Below, piece by piece: positions 1 to 11,520 of a DNA stretch of 29,846 nt. The stretch is from the NCBI GenBank assembly GCA_029717555.1, contig JAMDHS010000079.1:62001-91846 (forward strand). Reading direction: 5' to 3'. Within the stretch, counting starts at the first letter, position 1. Each line of letters begins with the position of its first letter. A model generated the notes under the pieces. That model was not told the origin of the DNA. It saw only the letters and a program-made list of their open reading frames with translations, and searched no databases. The stretch comes from Peribolospora baueri (lineage: Eukaryota). A program made the translations under genes and the position numbers.

Positions 1-1
1 A

Positions 2-2897
2 GCCGTCCCGCCAGCCCCGAGGACGGCCGGCCTTCCACCTTCCCAGTACACCAGCCACGGTGCTAGCCTGTTCCCCCCGAGAACGGATATCGCCGCTGCC
101 ACGTTGCAGCGCCCGGTGATGCAGAGGGCCACGAGCTCGGTAGACGTACGACCGCAGGCGAGCGAGCTTGGCCATCACCGCACTCGGTCCACCGCTGTCT
201 CTGCGGCCTCAAGCCCAGACACTGGGAGCGGGCCCATGAGTTCGCCGGGCGGCGCACTCTCGGAGGATGACCGGCGCGGGTTCGCTGGGGCGGTCTCCCG
301 GCGCCCCTTCTCTTTCCATCTCCTAGACTCTCACAGGCTTAGGCTGCCGTCTACTGGCAACGGTCCCGCCCCGCAAAACTCCCTCTCCCCTTCATTCCCC
401 GCCTTGCCCATCTCTGAGGACAATGAAAGCGATTTCGAGGACCCGCGCGGCCCGGCTCCGATGTATACGCCCGACCCAGAGCCGGACGCCGGCGGGAACG
501 AGGATGCGGTGTCTGACTGGGAAACGGAGGCGACAGCGAAGCCGAGCCAACCAGACAGACGGCCTTCGAATGCGGAGACCATCCGCGCCAGTGCGAACAA
601 GTTCAGCTTTACCGGCATGTTGACCAAGGCGAGCAAAGCTGCTCATGGACAGACGCATGGACATTCGCATAGTTCCGGAGCGTCTCCTTTCGTCCACGTT
701 TCCAGCTCGAGCGGCGACGGATCCAGTCACCCCGTGTCGCACGATTACTTCTCTCGCGCCATCCGCTCCTCGCCCGCCTCGCCCGCCAAATCGACGACCC
801 CCGCGCAAGACTCTCGACAGCGTCACGTTCCCTTAGCTTCGGCAGGTCTTTCCAGCGGGAGCGAAGCGGGCAGCCGGGCCACGTCTCCGGCCGCCGAGTT
901 CGACTCCGTGAGAGGTCGCAAGCCGGCGGCGTTTAAGGCGCTCATTGGCATGGGGAGCCATGGCAAGGAGAAGGATCATTCTGAGCACGGGAGTGGGAAG
1001 GAGGAGAAGGGGAAGGGGAAGGAGAGGAAGAAGGAGAAGGAGAAGAAGGAGGAGAAGTCCAAGGAAAAGAAAGAGGAAACCGGTGAGAAGCACGGGCGGG
1101 AGTTCCAGAAAGGTGAGTGTGGCCGTCCCACGTTTACAGGGCGGCGTCCTTCTTTCGAATTGGCTCTGATGCGTTGCCATCGCACGGCATCGAACGCTCC
1201 AGGCGTCTACACCTACCCCATCTCTTTTCCCGTTTCCGCCTCTGTCCCTCCGACCCTGCACTGCAACTTCGGAAGCATCACCTACACTCTCCGCGCCACC
1301 GTCCACCGATCCGGCCCCTTGACGCCCAACCTCGTCGCCGTGCGCGAGGTCAACCTCGTAGCTCAACCTGGAGAGGACGACACGGAGGAAGCGGAGAACA
1401 TCTCAGTCGACAAGGACTGGCAGGAGCAGCTAGGTTATCAGGTCCTCTTGAGCGGGAAGAGCTTTCCCATCGGGACGAGAGTGCCGTTCAGCGTCAAGTT
1501 CGTCCCCATGGCAAAGGTTAAGGTGTGGAGGATCTTGATCACGTTGGAAGGTGAGTTTGACGAAGATAGCAGGCGTTTGCGGACGCATGAGGTTTGTTGG
1601 CAAGCTGATGAACCTCTCTCATGCAACCTTGAACTCGTAGAGCGCATCGACTACTACGCCGCAAACGGCAAGCACGAACGACACCAGGGGCCGCGAAAGT
1701 TTGTTTTGTTGAAACTCGTGAACGAAGGCTCGACGCCGCTTCTACCCATCACGTCCGACTCGCCGACAGCTCTGGCCGATTCCGTTCTCGCCCCTTACAT
1801 TCCCACTTTGACGCCTCCCGATGACAATCTCCCCGTGTCTGACCCGATGATGGCGACTAATGCGGCCTTCGCCGCTAGTGCGCCCATGGACCGCGGCGTG
1901 GGCTCTTCAACTACGACGATCCAAGGAGCGGGGACTTTCTCGCCCCTCCCTGCTTACGTCGCCGGCGATCCCATCTCCGAGGTGGCGAGGGCGGACGAGG
2001 CCGGCTCCAGCCTCCTTGATCCCATAGGAACGTGGTTGCTCGAGGGGCACCTCCAGCTGCCCTCTTGCGGGGACGAGGTTCATCATTCAAGCAACCATAC
2101 CAATAGCAGCATCAATGTGTCTCATCTGTTGAGAATATCGCTAAGAGTCGAGAGAGGCGACGACGAGCATTTAGATTCGAAGGGAAAGAGGAAGCAATGG
2201 GACATCACAGCGGAAAGCCCGGTGAGTGTTTCTTTTCGCACCCTCGATCTCTGCCAACGTACGCCTCGCGCCATCTCACTGGAGCCGTTTGGATTTGTAA
2301 TTGCTCTCGACGGCACAGGTCCACCTCCTCTCTTGCCGCGCTACTCCGGACTATACCCTTTTACCCTCCTACTTGTCCATCACGGATCCGATCCCTGAAA
2401 ATGGCTTCACGACGGGCCAATGCTGCTGTCCCAACTCTGACCCGCGTTACGGAGGAGCACGCACTCAAGCCGTCGCGACTCGCGTTCTCAACGATTACCT
2501 CTCCGGCGTGGGACCTCGTCCTTCACTTGCGGATATGCGCGAGGCCGTCGGAGGCGGGCCGCGCGGGCGCTCTTCGCAGTCTGTGGAGTCTACTCCGTCA
2601 CCCACGACACCAGTCCGCGGCTCTGCTGCGCGGGATGCGAGCGTCGGGGCCCGGATAGCAACTTCTTCCGAGAGGGGTTCTTCGCGCTCGACGCCCAACG
2701 CGGTCTCCTCCTTCGGCGGCAGCGCCCTCGTGCCGTCCAGCCCTTCTGCTAATTCTCCACCGCGCAGCGCCCCGCCTGGGACGGGCGTCATACCCTTGAG
2801 TGAGCTCAGCAGGAGATACGAACGTCTCGTCAGCGGCGTGGAGGACGAGAGAGGTTTGCAGGCCGAAGTACCGCCGCCGGTGTACTCGGAGCGGTGA
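2..2897 (+). CDS. Alpha-arrestin / arrestin-related trafficking adaptor (ART family), 5'-truncated by the window edge. Exons <2-1112, 1203-1550, 1641-2221, 2319-2897
   Basis: The frame is open from position 2. Arrestin_N-like 'GVYTYPISFPVSASVPPTLHCNFGSITYTLRATVHRSG' and arrestin_C-like 'ISVDKDWQEQLGYQVLLSGKSFPIG...VSHLLRISLRVERGDD...WDITAESP|VHLLSC'. C-terminal PPxY motif (PPVY) before TGA at 2895-2897. GT-AG introns 1113-1202, 1551-1640, 2222-2318. Confidence 0.88.
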
Positions 2898-3348
2898 AGA
2901 GAGAAGAAGGAGGGCTTCCCCTTGATGAGTTGCCGTGGTATGTGCTTTGTCGACTAGGCATTTATCGGGGAACACAGGAAGAGCATACTATACGAGCAAT
3001 GTACCTCACTATCTTTATTTTTTCCGAGTCATCGGCGGGTAGAGCTTCGTTCCTTTCATCCGCACCGTCGTAGTGCTCTCCGATTCACGCACGCTCCCCT
3101 CACTGCTTGGATTTCGTTCTCTTCGGCGCTTTCGATTTTCTCTCTTGGATTTTGGACTTTTGTTTCCCGGACCGTTGGTTCGCTTGGGTTCGATCTCGGA
3201 TACGCGTTTAGGTCTCTCTGCTTAGTTCTCGCGGCGCCGTACGAAGGTGTGCAATGGAGAAGTGTGGAGGAAGATGCGGGTATATGCGATGCGAACTGGA
3301 CACAAGATGGAGAGGAGGTTCTATATTCCAGACGGGCGTCAGGTCTCG

Positions 3349-4193
3349 TCAATCCTGTGCAGTGAGAAGAATCGTCAGAAGAATGGCCCAGGAATTTCAG
3401 CAAATCCAGCTCAACTTCATACGGGAACGAACGAGAAGGAGCTCACCTCCTCTGCAGGCTCTCTTCGCAAATACATGTCTATCGCTGCGGAGAAGGCGGC
3501 AAACGCTAATCCTCCTCCCACCATAGCCTTTGGGCCGGAGTTGCGAGCGAGGATGGCGCCAGACAGTCCGCCGGCGACAATAGGGTTGGCAATATCGTTC
3601 CTTCCTCGGTACTGCGTGGAACGTCGTAAACGTGTGAATAAACGTCCCTCCGGCGTCCTTAAATCCCCACGCACGCCGTCCGTCCTGATCGATCGAGTTG
3701 TCCGACACTCACCCCTTCAATGCAGCACTCGATGCCAGAATAGAGCGCTCCGACCTTTGCAAAGCCCTTTCCGCTCCTCCACATCCCTCGGCCCATATCC
3801 TTGAATACCTGCATCGTCTTTTGTCGCGTCGTCATGTTAGATGGGCCGGTGTCGTCTATTCTTCGGAAGGGGTCATCGTAGGCAAATGTGGCGGACATCA
3901 TACTGAAGAAAGCTCCCAAGCCGAAACCTAGTGAGAAGTGAAGGAGGGTATTTCAGGACGTTTCCCGCCTCAACCGCTGAGTGGCAAAAAGAAAACGGAA
4001 AGATGCGATCGGACTCACCCACGCCCCCGCTGATGACCGTCTTGGCCACGCAGCTCTCCATGGCCATGGAAGCCCACTTGCTGTACCTCTGCATCGTTTC
4101 GGCCTGCTCCTTCTCCTCCGGCGTCAAGTTCCTCATCGCCGGCTCCTGCCCGGGGAGGTACATCGGCGCCACCATGGGCAGTTGTCCGTTCAT
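3349..4193 (-). CDS. TIM22: Mitochondrial inner-membrane translocase subunit Tim22. Exons 4193-4019, 3927-3713, 3611-3447, 3354-3349
   Basis: The spliced product has '[27 protein letters not shown]...[28 protein letters not shown]...[17 protein letters not shown]', the Tim17/22/23 signature with Tim22-type cysteines. GTGAG donors and CAG/TAG acceptors are present. Confidence 0.93.
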
Positions 4194-4648
4194 TTCGGAT
4201 GACGATGGGGGGAGGAAGAGGGACGCCGATCTAAAGGTGAAGCGACGGCTTCGTGCTTGCGTTGCTCGTGTTCGGGAAGACGAAGTAGTCGCACGAGCAA
4301 GTACTGCGGTCACCGTCGACTGCGGCACCACCGGCCGGTCATGCGACGCTCGAGCCCCATCGGCGCTTTCGCCTGCTCAATTCGCGCTCGAGGCGCACCT
4401 CGTCCCGTCAAGCCAGTCAGTATCTAGACTTTACTAAACGGATGCCTTGTCCGCCTCATCATTCTGCCGCTGGAGCAAGAGCCCCGCCCCTCTCAGAACC
4501 TCGTCAGTCGACTTCATGACGGCCGAGCGCGAGGGTGAGCGCACGCGCAACGGTCGATCGCGGCACACCAAGCGAACCGTCGCCCCAAGTCTGATTTCCG
4601 TTCCGTTCATTCCTGCGTCGCTCTATCTCTCCGCTGTCAGCATCCAAC

Positions 4649-5611
4649 ATGGACAGAGTCACGCAGCTCGAGGAAGCGATAGACATGGTGAGCTCTACTG
4701 TCCGGCTTCCCTCACATGTCCCTACAATGTCCCCTTCATTTCTTGTTCGCTCATCCTTCGCCCGACCTCGTTTCTCATCTCCTAGCTCGTCACGATGATG
4801 TTCAAAGGGCTCCAGTACCTTAACACCAAGCATGGCTTCAAGCAGGCCAACCCGACGGTGCCCATCACCGATTCGATCCCCACCGCCGACGACCCGAAGA
4901 CTTTCGAAGGTGCGTTCCAGCTCCATCCAACCCGCGGCGGAAAGACGGGACGAGTGTTCAAAGTCGGATCTCAAACGTAGCTCTCCATCTTGAATGTCCT
5001 TCTTCCTTCCCTCCTCCTCTTGTCCGCTTGATTGCGTCACTTCGACGGACGATACAGAAAACACAAAAGAGCTCGTGTCCGACCTGGTGCACAAGTCGAA
5101 GCAAGTAGAGTTTCTCATCAATGCCTTGCCCGGCATCGACACTCCGGAGGAAGAACACGTGAGTTCACCCCCATCTCTCCATTGGACGGTCTAATGGACG
5201 CGCCTCGGCTCGGTTCGAGCACCTACCTGTCTTTCTCGCCGCGCTGTGTGCTTCCTTGGTTCCCCCGGAGGCGTCCACCCCGCCGTTCCTCATCTCCACA
5301 CTTCGATGCCTAAACCGGGCTCCGCATGATCGACACAGGCCCAACAGATCCAAGCCATCGAGGACGAGATGCAGGTAGCGAACAGGGAGTACAAGCAGGC
5401 CGTAGAAGAAGCAGGTGAGTGTCGCCCCGGTCAGGACCCGTCATCACAGCCGTCCCTCTTTTTTTTTACCTTTGGCCCAGTCTTACCGAGAGGCCCGAAA
5501 CGGCGTTGCTCAGAACGTTTACAGGCCGAGGTGCGAGAGCTGCTGAGACGGCTTTGCGACGGTCACCAGCGGGCGTTGGCGAGCATTGACGAGGAGACGA
5601 GCCAAGGTTGA
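4649..5611 (+). CDS. MED21: Mediator subunit 21 (Srb7). Exons 4649-4687, 4786-4909, 5058-5158, 5339-5414, 5514-5611
   Basis: N-terminus 'MDRVTQLEEAID', then 'ELVSDLVHKSKQVEFLINALPGID' and a C-terminal coiled coil, typical of Med21. Four canonical GT-AG introns keep the frame. Confidence 0.9.
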
Positions 5612-5997
5612 ACCGGGCCCGTTCAGTCTCGGAAGAGGCTCCGATCGATCTGAAACCGACTTGTATTCGTATTCGTGAAATCGCCCTCGCGACGGAGGGG
5701 AGATCCTGTACTTGTAGAAAGACACGACGCTCCGAATATGAGCGATAAACCACTAAGGAGAAAGGAGCACAGCGATAGGAAGAAGAGAGTGAGAGAGAGA
5801 AGAGACGAACGAGCTGAGTAAGGACGGGGGTGGGAAAGTGATCATCGAGCAAATGTCGTCGAGAAAGTCCAAGGTAGAAATACACGTCCAATTAATCCAA
5901 AGGCGATGGGGAACAAGGGGAAAAAAACTGCGTGAAAGGGATGGAAAAGGCGTGCGTCGTCTGCGCTCGCAGTGCGGCATGGCAATGGCGGAGGAGC

Positions 5998-8900
5998 TCA
6001 TGAGTCGCCGTCCGCGACAAAGTAGGCGCGGAACATGTTTTCGTGGCGAAGATGGTCAGCGACGACCGAGTGAACATGCAGGAAGAGCCGGGGAAAGCGG
6101 CGAGTGAAGAAGGCGAGGAAGCCGTCGGGAAGAGGGCCAAGATGGCGTTGGACGTTCGACGGCAAGTCTTGGTAGTGGTGTTTCTGGTGGGATGGGCGGA
6201 GGGAGAAAGAAAGGGACGGTTTATCAGACCCAACACCAAAACAAGCAACCGGAGACCCTTCCAGAACCCGGACGACGACGGCTCACCTTGTTCCTGAGCG
6301 CTCGCAACAGATCCTGCACGCTGTTACCCTGGTACTTGCGATACTTTCCTAGATTGTCGATGAACACGCGATCCAGTCGTCGATGCCAGTCTGGACCCAC
6401 GACGTGTACCGCCTCAGCCTCGAGAGCGACCAGCGTCGGGTGAGGCGGCGTCCTCTCCATGATCTCAAATCGATCCGACGCGTCCTGAAGGAAGACGAGC
6501 CGACGAGCGGGGGTCCAGAAGTACGGATGTGCCAGGATCTCGCCGGCACGAGGGCGCGCTTTCGGATCCTGGGCGAGCATCGACGTGATGAGGTGTTGCG
6601 CTTCGTGAGCCTCTTCTCCGTGTCCGTCTAGTCGCTCGAGGGTGAAAGTGTTGGCGATGACGTTCAACTCGCGCTCGTAGCGATTGCCGAACGGATGTTC
6701 GCCGTTGGAGAGGATATAGCTGCACGATGCATCAAAAATCAAGAAAAAAAACAAGTCAGCGACATTCTAGATGCAACTTCGCCCCTTTCCAAACGCCACC
6801 GAAGCCGATGCTCACTATGCCAAGCAGCCAAGGGCGAATATGTCTACAGCCCGTGTCAGCCTCCTCCTCTCCTCTGTCGGCTTCTTCCCATCGCCTTCCA
6901 TGCCGTCGGCAGGACTGCCCTCGCCCTGCGGCCCTTCCACAATGCCTTCCTCGAGCTTCACATCGCCACGCAAAATCTCCGGCGCTCTCCAACCGACGGT
7001 ACCACCGGGATTGTTCATCGTCTGCGTGAAGCTCGTCTGGCCCGTCCCGTCGAGCTTTTTGGAAAGGCCAAAATCAGAGAGAAGCATTTTGAGTCGGCCG
7101 TTCGCGTCCAAGGACACCAATATGTTCTGAGGCTTGATGTCGCGATGGACGACTGCCGGATGACGAACGAAAGAGAGATGGGGAAAGGAAATTGGAAAAG
7201 ATTAGTCAGCAAACCAAAGACACCAAGGGCCGCATCAGGTTTTCCGCGAGCCATAACTCACTCGACAAGGAATGCAGGTGACGGAGCCCGCTCGCGATTT
7301 GTTGCAACGCCCGCTTGGGCTCCATCTTGGTGTTGAGGTCCTGATGCAACTGCGGTCGTTCGACGACGTCGGCGAGACTGGCGGGACAGAGTTCGAGGGC
7401 GATGTAGAGAAAGCTGCCGGTCTCCTCCTTGTAGAAATACCTGCAGACGTTAGGATGGTTGTCCGACATCTCCAGCAGAGACACCTCTTTGGCGGCTACA
7501 GTGACGAAGTCGCGCAACAGACGCTTCACGGCCACGGCTCGGCTTTGGAAGGTGCCTTTGTAGACCACGGTGCCATGCGAGCCATAGCCTGCGTGGAACG
7601 ACGTTGGAACAAGGCGCAGAAATAAGTGTGTGTGTGCGAGTGCGTGTGTGTGTCAATAGCCGTTATCTTCGCTCGAATCTCGACACGCATCAGACGGACA
7701 TACTCACCAAGGACAGTCTTGGAAATCTTCAAAGCCGCGCTCGGCAGGTCCTCCGTCTCGTCGAAAGGTCCAGGCATGGACATCCCACTCGCCTTTTCCG
7801 ACGCGCCAGGAGACGGAGACTCGGAGCCGACGGCGTTGTCGTTGTCCGCAGCGGCCGAGTCGGTCGGCCATGGGTCGCGCTGACGCGCGGGGCGGAAGCT
7901 CTCGACGACGCGTTTCACGTCCGACGAATTGCTGTCCGACAAGGAAGATGAAGCTTGGACGGAAGTCGGCCTCGCAGGTCTGCGGGTCCTCCCCAGAACC
8001 AAGCACCGGACGGGCGGCCCGGCGTATTCCGGCTCGGTACTGTCCTCATCTTCGGACCCTTTTGGCGCCTCCTCCTGCTCTACATTGTTGTCCGGCGGTC
8101 TCTTCGCCTTTCCGCCCTTGCCGCGTCCTTTCCTCCTCGTTCGCTTCTTCTTGCCCGTCGCGGCACTACCTCTCGTCGTCGATGGACCCGCCGCACCGTC
8201 TTCAGCCTCGGTATCGCCGTCGTCGCCTGGGACGAACGCGGAATGCGACTCTCTCGCCGTCGGGAGGACGCCACTGCCACTGCCGCTGCCGCTCCCGTTC
8301 GTCGGCGGACTGGAGCCGCTCAGCGGATGGTCGAAATGAGCAGGCGGCGTGCGAGGGTAGCCGGAAGGCCCGGCGTCGACGTCCTCCCCATCACCGTTCA
8401 ACTCCTTCGGACTCCCCGTGCGCGATCCAGCGCGACGTATGGCGGCCGCCGCTTCGGCCTCCTCGGTCAACGTTTTAGCAAAGGCCAGCTTTTCCTGGTC
8501 GGCCAGCAAGTTGCCAACCTCCTCCTCGTCGTCGTCGCCCTCTTCGGACGAACCATCACTTCGCCTCGCCGCCCGTTCCGTGTCGATGGCCATGCCCCCC
8601 GAGTTGACGGCGGCGGCGCAGTGGAGCCTCGCGCGAATCGTCGGATTGTCGTTGTCCTTGATAGCGGGCACGTAGATGACACCGGCGGCGATCTTGTCGG
8701 CCAACTCCTTCCGTATTCGCCTCCTCTCAATGATGATGACGTAGCCGCAGAGGAGGAGAATGGAGAGGATGAGCGATGAGAGCAGTTGGATGAGAATGGT
8801 GGTCGGAGGGATGTCGCCGAGCCAAGAGAAAGCTCCATTTGCGGTTGACAAGGCAGCCAAGGATAACCGCTTGGACGAGCCTGTCGGTGGGAGAGTCGCG

Positions 8901-10862
8901 TTTTCCGGCAAGAGAACCGAAGGATCCGAGCCTTCAATGCCTGGTTGTTGCGGCGTCGAAGGAACGGTAGAGACGTCGTCCTTTCCCAAGAGATAAGAGC
9001 CGACGTGGCAGTCAACGCCGGTGCAGAAAGGCTTCTGTCCGCGCTTGTCAGGAGGAGCGTCGGAAATAGTATCCTCCTCCTCGTCACCGCCCTCGTCTCC
9101 CACCCGGTCCTCCTCTTCTTTTCCCGTCCTCTTCGACATCGGCTCGCCAGCGAGCGCACGAGCGGCGAAGCGCGCAAGCGGAAACTTTTCGGCTGACATG
9201 ACGTAAAGCGAATGGCGCGTGGCTCCCAAGAAACTCGACGGCGGCAACTCGGAGAGGCCGCGAGTGAGTCTGGGAGAGAAAAGCGACGAGATGGGCGGTT
9301 GCGGCTGAGGGAGGAGCATGGGCTGTGCAGGACCCGTGGACGCCGGTTCTTTGTACGACACCACGTCGTATACGGACGCCCTGAACGCGAACATGGGACA
9401 GTTAGAGGGATTCAAGGTTCAATGTGCCGTCGTCTGACCCCATCGTCGCGTCGCCTAAAAATCGTTCGACACTAAAAGACGCAGAGACACTCACACAGGC
9501 ACGCCAAGGTGCTGCACCCAGAGTGGATCGTCGGCGCCTTTCTTGAAGCAGGCTAGACTTCCGTCCTCGGGCATGGCTTGGAGATAGAGGTCGTCCAGGG
9601 TATGCGTCCACAGAGCCTGCACGTCCAAGTCGATGATGTTGGGTCCGTAAGTCGAGTAGCTGAGCGATTGCTGCAAGCCATCGTCCCGCGTGTGAATCGA
9701 GATGTTGTAGTCTGTGAGTCGGCAAAGACGACGCAGCATCGTCCGGTCAGACCAAGAGGGCTTATCGCGACCATCTCTGCCTCGCGGGTTTTGACCGCTC
9801 CACCCTGCGCAAGAGACCTGCCTCACCTGTCCGTCCCAGGAGGATCCACTCCGGCATTTCGGTCGCATCGTGCTCGCAACTTTCAGGCGAGAGACGGTGC
9901 GAGCGATCGCGGTCGTTCCACCAGCAAATCCCGTCGCCTCCTCCGTACACCTGGCCGACCTTTCCGGTCTTGACGTCGACTTGCACGAGCCGTGTCTCCT
10001 TCTTGCCGACGAAGACGCGCCTGTCGTCTCCGGGGAAAGCGAAAGGGGAATTGTCGACGAGCTGCGACATGGTCAGCGGCACCCGCCGCAACGTGGAAGG
10101 CGTCCTGGGGGGAGACGAGTTGGTGGAAGGCGAGGTGAAGAGGTAGATGTCGCCTTGTGAGGTCGGCTCGACGACGAAGAGCTTCACGTCCGCCGCCTCG
10201 GCTTCCGGCGCGAATAGGTCATCGACGGAAGATCCGTGGGGGCCGTAGCTCATGCGCACGAGCGGGGAAAGGAAACTCTTCAACGTCGAGCGCCTGGTGG
10301 TGCCCTCGCCCTCGCCCCTCGCGCCCCTCGTCTCGCTGGCCCTTTGGCTCTCGGCGGCGTCCGTGCCTATCGGCTCTTGCTCCTCGTCCACCCCGCCGAG
10401 CCGCCAGAGCCAACGGCCAGTCTTCCTGTCGAGGCCGTACACATTCCCGTCCAAGGTAGCGACCATGACGACCGGCTCGAGCGTCAAATCGTCCATCGAT
10501 CGCGGGCGCAGACCGTGTAGCTGCCCCGGCTGTGATGCGCTCCCCTTCTTGCGGCCCGCCTCGTCCCCGGCCCCTGCCGACGACGAAGGTCGACCACCGA
10601 GGAACTCGTCGAGGGGGGAGGGCAAGGACCGCCTGGCGAGCGCCGCACCGCCTGGCTCCCAGCCTGCGACAGCGAGGGCGGCAGGCGGCTGCTCGCTGGC
10701 AGCAGACCTCATGGCGAGCGCCGCTGGGCCTGGGACGGCATCGGCACGGCCGACGGACGGGACGGAGGCGGCGGAAGCAGCGACGAGGGCGACGAGCCAG
10801 GGGAGGAGCAGGAGCGACAGCGTGCGGTAGTGCCTGATCGTGAGGACATTGGAGTCGCTCAT
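5998..10862 (-). CDS. IRE1: Ire1 ER-stress sensor kinase/endoribonuclease. Exons 10862-9827, 9711-9495, 9380-7708, 7588-7262, 7152-6816, 6719-6287, 6183-5998
   Basis: Signal peptide; luminal domain ('ATLDGNVYGLDRKTG', 'TMSQLVDNSPF', 'VFVGKKET'); TM helix; basic linker 'KKKRTRRKGRGKGG'; kinase 'LGYGSHGTVV..AVAVKRLL..HRDIKPQNIL..SDFGLSKKL..GTVGWRAPE'; KEN RNase 'DLLRALRNK|KHHY'. Stop TGA at 6000-5998. Confidence 0.97.
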
Positions 10863-11520
10863 CGTCTCATCGCCGTGCAGTCGTGCGGGTCGTGCGTAGG
10901 AGATGCTAGGGCGAGGAGGGGCGGGCGGGGCAGGGGAAGGGAGACGGTGGTGGGGATTCGAGGTGGAAGGGCGGTGGGGAGAGAGATAGCAGCATGCAAA
11001 GCGAAGGGGAGCGTGAAGGGAGCCGGCGGGTGGTGTGCGTGACGAGAGCTGCTGTCAGTCTTATCTTGTCTTGTCTTGCTTGGCTTACCTCGCCTTGCCT
11101 TGCCTCGCCTTGCCGTCCTCGGCGGGACAGACAGTGAGTCTACCAGTCAGTTGTTAGTCTGTCTGTCGGCAGAGCGGACTAGCCGACTGATGAACGGCTG
11201 CTTATCCTATCCGCTCACGACGCCGCCTCAACGCTTCGCCCGACTGCTCACCGCCTCGACTCCGCCCCGCGTAGCGACACAGCGCCCTTGGCAGGTGGCC
11301 TCCACCTCCCCGCTCACATCGCCGCCTATCCCCGCCCGACCATGTGTGTGCCGGCGGAGCGCGTTAGGGCTCGAGGTAGGTAGGTGGGTACCTAAGGTAC
11401 ACGGAGTGGCAGAGCAAGCAGGCAGGCATGAGATGAATGGCAGAGCATGCCCGAGTCGAATGTGTACCGTTTACAAGGATAGTACAACACGATGGAGAGA
11501 TCACCAACGCAGGCCCCGAC

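Noticed and set aside
3170..3210. GGTTCGATC, a tRNA T-loop/B-box-like motif
   Set aside because: The T-stem does not pair and no cloverleaf can be built. It lies in the convergent 3' UTR region.
4431..4437. TTACTAA Yap-response element in the TIM22/MED21 divergent promoter
   Set aside because: A single 7-mer is compatible with chance and has no supporting context.
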